From Chrysomallon squamiferum (taxonomy: Eukaryota > Animalia > Mollusca), in the NCBI GenBank assembly GCA_012295275.1, contig CM022673.1, positions 5,518,001 through 5,582,000 of the forward strand: DNA of 64,000 nt. Reading direction: 5' to 3'. Below are positions 60,612 to 64,000 of the stretch, piece by piece. Both the position numbers and the translations under genes were made by a program. Position 1 is the stretch's first letter; each line of letters begins with the position of its first letter. The notes beneath the pieces are model-generated. The model was not told the DNA's origin and made no database searches. It worked only from the letters and a program-made list of their open reading frames with translations.

Positions 60612-62716
60612 TTCCAGTAGTATTAATAATAATAATAATAATAATAATGCAATTAACAAAATACTGCAATAAATAAGAAAGAAAGTCTGATGATACATTC
60701 CATTTCTGGGAACCTCCTTATATCACATGGTGAAACAACTATTCTTTGTTGCCTTGTTACATTTTAACCACAAAGAACAGTTTTCCAAAGTTATTCTTAC
60801 AAAATCCCAGCCTCCATCTACGTAGGGCCCAGGGCGGAGGATGACAGTGAAATTGAGGGTGTGACAAAGTTTGATAAACCCAACCAGATCCAGATTATCT
60901 CCAAAGTCATAAATCCCTGGTCTCGGATTATGATAATTCCATGGGACATATCTGAAAAATAAAATATTAATCTTCTGAAATAATCAGAATATTTTTTTGT
61001 TGTTGTTGTTGTTGTTGTTATTGTTTGTTGTTAGTTTTTATTTTATTTTCATTTTATTATTTTATGAATAAAATTTGTACATCTTCTGTTTAGAAATCTA
61101 GATCTGTTAAAAAATAAGAATATAAATAACTTAAATCTGAAGCTAAATGTTATAAAACATTGCAAATTAACATTACCTTTAAGTAATAAAATGTTATATT
61201 AACATTGTTACAAATATTACTAAATGATTTATCATAATAGAATGTTATAAAATGTGTAATTAAAGTTTTAGAATTATTTTTCGGATGAATTTTGTAATTT
61301 ATACATTGTAACACAAATTATGGTATAAATGACGTAACTATAGAGCTCAATACTATTAAATGTTAAATTTGTTATAACAGATATTACTAAACTGTTAATA
61401 TAACGGTTTTATTTAATTTGTTACAAATAATATTATTAAATATAAAAACAGATTATTGTAAAATGTTATAGTGTTATAATTACGTTGTTACTGATGTAAA
61501 TATATCAACTGAATGTTAACAAAATATTATAATTACATTGTAGTAAATATAAACATGACTTGAATGTTATAAAATTTTACAATTACATTGTTACATATAT
61601 AAATACATCAGCTGAATGTTATAGAATGTTATAATTACGTTATTACAGATATAGATATTTCAGCTGAATATTTTTTAAATGTTATAATTACGTTATACAT
61701 CAGTTGAATGTTATAAAATGTTACCGATATATCAGTTGAATGTTATAAAAATGTTACAATTCTGTTGTTACAAATATCATCTAAATGGTTTTGGTTTGTT
61801 CTTGTCACTTATTTATTTTTTAAATGTTATTAATACCTTATAATAAATTTAAACATCACCTGAATGTTAGAAAATGTTATACTCATGTTCCTGCATCTAT
61901 ATTATTGCATAGTACAACACAGTAAAAAAAAAAAAAAAAAATCGTTAATCTTATTTTGTTACAGATAAAATGGTTCAATGTTAAAAATAATATTTACGTT
62001 GTCACAGAATTCAGACCAGCAGCATACATTTTTCTCAGCCTGTCTTCCCAGTAGATGCGAGGTATTTGATTATAATGAATACTCCCTGAGACATAGCGGA
62101 ATGGTTTGCCATCTTTCAGAAACTGGTCTCCTTTATAATCTATTGTAAATGAACCACCATCAGTCTAAAATTAAAATAAAATGGACTGTTATAAGTTTAA
62201 AACAAATAATATCAATATTTAAAGATTATAGACAAAACGTAAAGGATGGTAAGTTTTAATTTATTTATTTATTTATTTATTTATTTATTATTATTATTAG
62301 CAGTAGTAGTAGTAGTAGTAGTTTTTTTGTTGTTTTTTTTGTTTGTTTGTTTGTTGTTGTTTTTTTTTAAAGGAAATTGACTTCGAGAAAAGAGACAGAG
62401 AGAGAATTAACATGATGGTGACTTTTCATCATCTTTTCATCATCTTTCCAGAAGAACATATTCACCAAGTTCAAACACGTTCAACTCACATACAAAACTT
62501 GTTACGACATGCACATGTATTTTATTACATACCTCCCGTATGTAATCTGTATAAAGTGTACAACGTGAAGTCGAGCGTTTCACATACACAGCAGTTAAGA
62601 TTCACATTTCTAGCCCTGTATATATGTGATCTAATAAACAAATATCAACTTACCAATGTCACCAACACGATCCCACCAAAACATAACAGTATAGACTGAC
62701 AGCTACGACAAACCAT
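53815..62716 (-). CDS. GLB1: GH35 beta-galactosidase-like copy B, intact, 17 exons, 636 aa, N-terminal signal peptide
   Basis: Exons: 62716-62654, 62164-61998, 60951-60801, 60549-60486, 60230-60136, 59541-59358, 58881-58826, 58532-58411, 58138-58098, 57557-57439, 57037-56963, 56583-56497, 56022-55918, 55539-55405, 55033-54948, 54432-54288, 54030-53815 (1911 nt, all GT-AG, open frame). Motifs [82 protein letters not shown]. Symbol denotes family; strict orthology not established. Confidence 0.93.
56392..56464. repeat. (CT)n microsatellite
   Basis: Seen directly. Confidence 0.95.
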
Positions 62717-62719
62717 TCT

Positions 62720-62955
62720 ACTTTCAACTTGTTCGTTGAGGAAATGTGTAATCTTTAGCCGCTTAATGTCACATGACTTGTAAGAAAAAAAAAATCATAG
62801 TGTCACATGACCCGGGGGCTTTCCACCAGATATACTGTTCGTTATAAAATAAGGAACAGTAATTTATCATTATTCAGTTTAGTTGTTTAGAACTTCTGTC
62901 AGTCCTCATGGTTATGTTTATATTTTTTAAGATATTTTTTTTTTATTTACTATTA

Positions 62956-63003
<48 letters not shown>

Positions 63004-64000
63004 TATTATTATTATTATTTTATTTATTCGCGTTTAAGTTAAAAGAGGATTGAATGAGATAACGTTTTTAACGACTTATACCAGTATTATTACCTTAGAC
63101 GTAACATTTATTCCTTTACAGATAATTTATTGTTTTTAGCAATAAATCAAGAATATTTTTCACCAAACCTTAATGGTAAATACCATTGAGAACCTGGGGA
63201 GGAAACGTTATTATTAATTGATTTTTTGTTTTTATTATTAAAGTAAAGAAAAAAGATAAAGAAAAAAATAAAAATAAAATAAAAATAATAAAATAATAAT
63301 ACTAATAAATAAAGTTAATAAATACACGAATTGTCTTGTTTTTGTTGTTTTATTATTAACTTTGAATAATAATATATTATTATTTTATTTTATTTTATTT
63401 TATTTATTTTTTATTTTTTATTTTGCAGGTCTTATTATGACAACTATTTCAGCATTACCAAAATTTTTCTTGCTCTTTTTCTTTAGGATTGGAGAATTGA
63501 TAATACAAAATTACACATATTTTTATTTATATATTTGTTTTTCATTTCACCAGGAATGTAAACTATATTGAGAAGTGTTTGTTTATTAGCTTGTAAAATC
63601 CACACATACTTGTTTGATGTAAGTATATTTTATATACATAATCACATGAACAAAATATAAACACGAACAACATGAGTAAAAAAAAATAATTTATTAAATA
63701 AATGAGAATAAATACGAATAAATACTTCCAAATATAAAAGTATAAATGCACAAAATCGTTGTTGTTCTTTGACAAGTGATTTATTTTAAAATCTGTAATA
63801 AATATATAAAAATTATTTTTAAAAAATATCTCTTTCTTATGTATGAAAATAATATACAACTTTATACATCAAAAATTATTTTCTTTAAATGCTTATAAGA
63901 AATATTACTCTTTATTATTTTATTTTTATTCATTTATTTATTTAGACTAGTATACAAAATCAATACTACCTTCATCACAATGATGCTTAAATAAATTATT
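62720..64000. repeat. Duplicated intergenic spacer of the GH35 array (paralogous to ~52330-53706)
   Basis: Shared colinear blocks: attgttaccttagac/attattaccttagac, aatactaataaataaagttaataaata, tatttcagcattaccaaaa, aaagtataaatgca, tttagacta, ttaaataaattatt. Confidence 0.85.
62768..62811. promoter_or_regulatory. Two CLEAR/M-box-like E-boxes upstream of copy B
   Basis: GTCACATGAC at 62768-62777 and 62802-62811, 50-95 nt upstream of the ATG of a lysosomal-type hydrolase. Confidence 0.55.

Overview
AT-rich, microsatellite-dense eukaryotic DNA, most likely a gastropod mollusc (inferred from the H2B N-terminus and a gastropod-type SINE). Most ORFs in the supplied track are microsatellite artefacts; the real genes are spliced and were assembled by hand from splice sites and reading phase. 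Content: a probable first coding exon of a type II membrane protein (left edge); repeat-rich DNA with a deleted Tigger/pogo element; a complete 19-coding-exon calpain-7 (minus, 840 aa, one GC-AG intron) head-to-head with a complete 8-exon HPRT (plus, 219 aa); a foldback element and a SINE; and a tandem array of GH35 beta-galactosidase-like genes (minus). Copy B is intact (17 exons, 636 aa), copy A has two disabling lesions, and a third copy is predicted just beyond the right edge. Most notable: (1) an intact replication-dependent histone H2B+H4 cassette sits inside intron 9 of copy A only, on the host's sense strand and next to a LINE RT remnant; (2) the GH35 paralogs keep both catalytic glutamates but have a remodelled sugar-binding pocket; (3) minisatellites repeatedly grow out of exon/intron junctions and multiply splice-site motifs.
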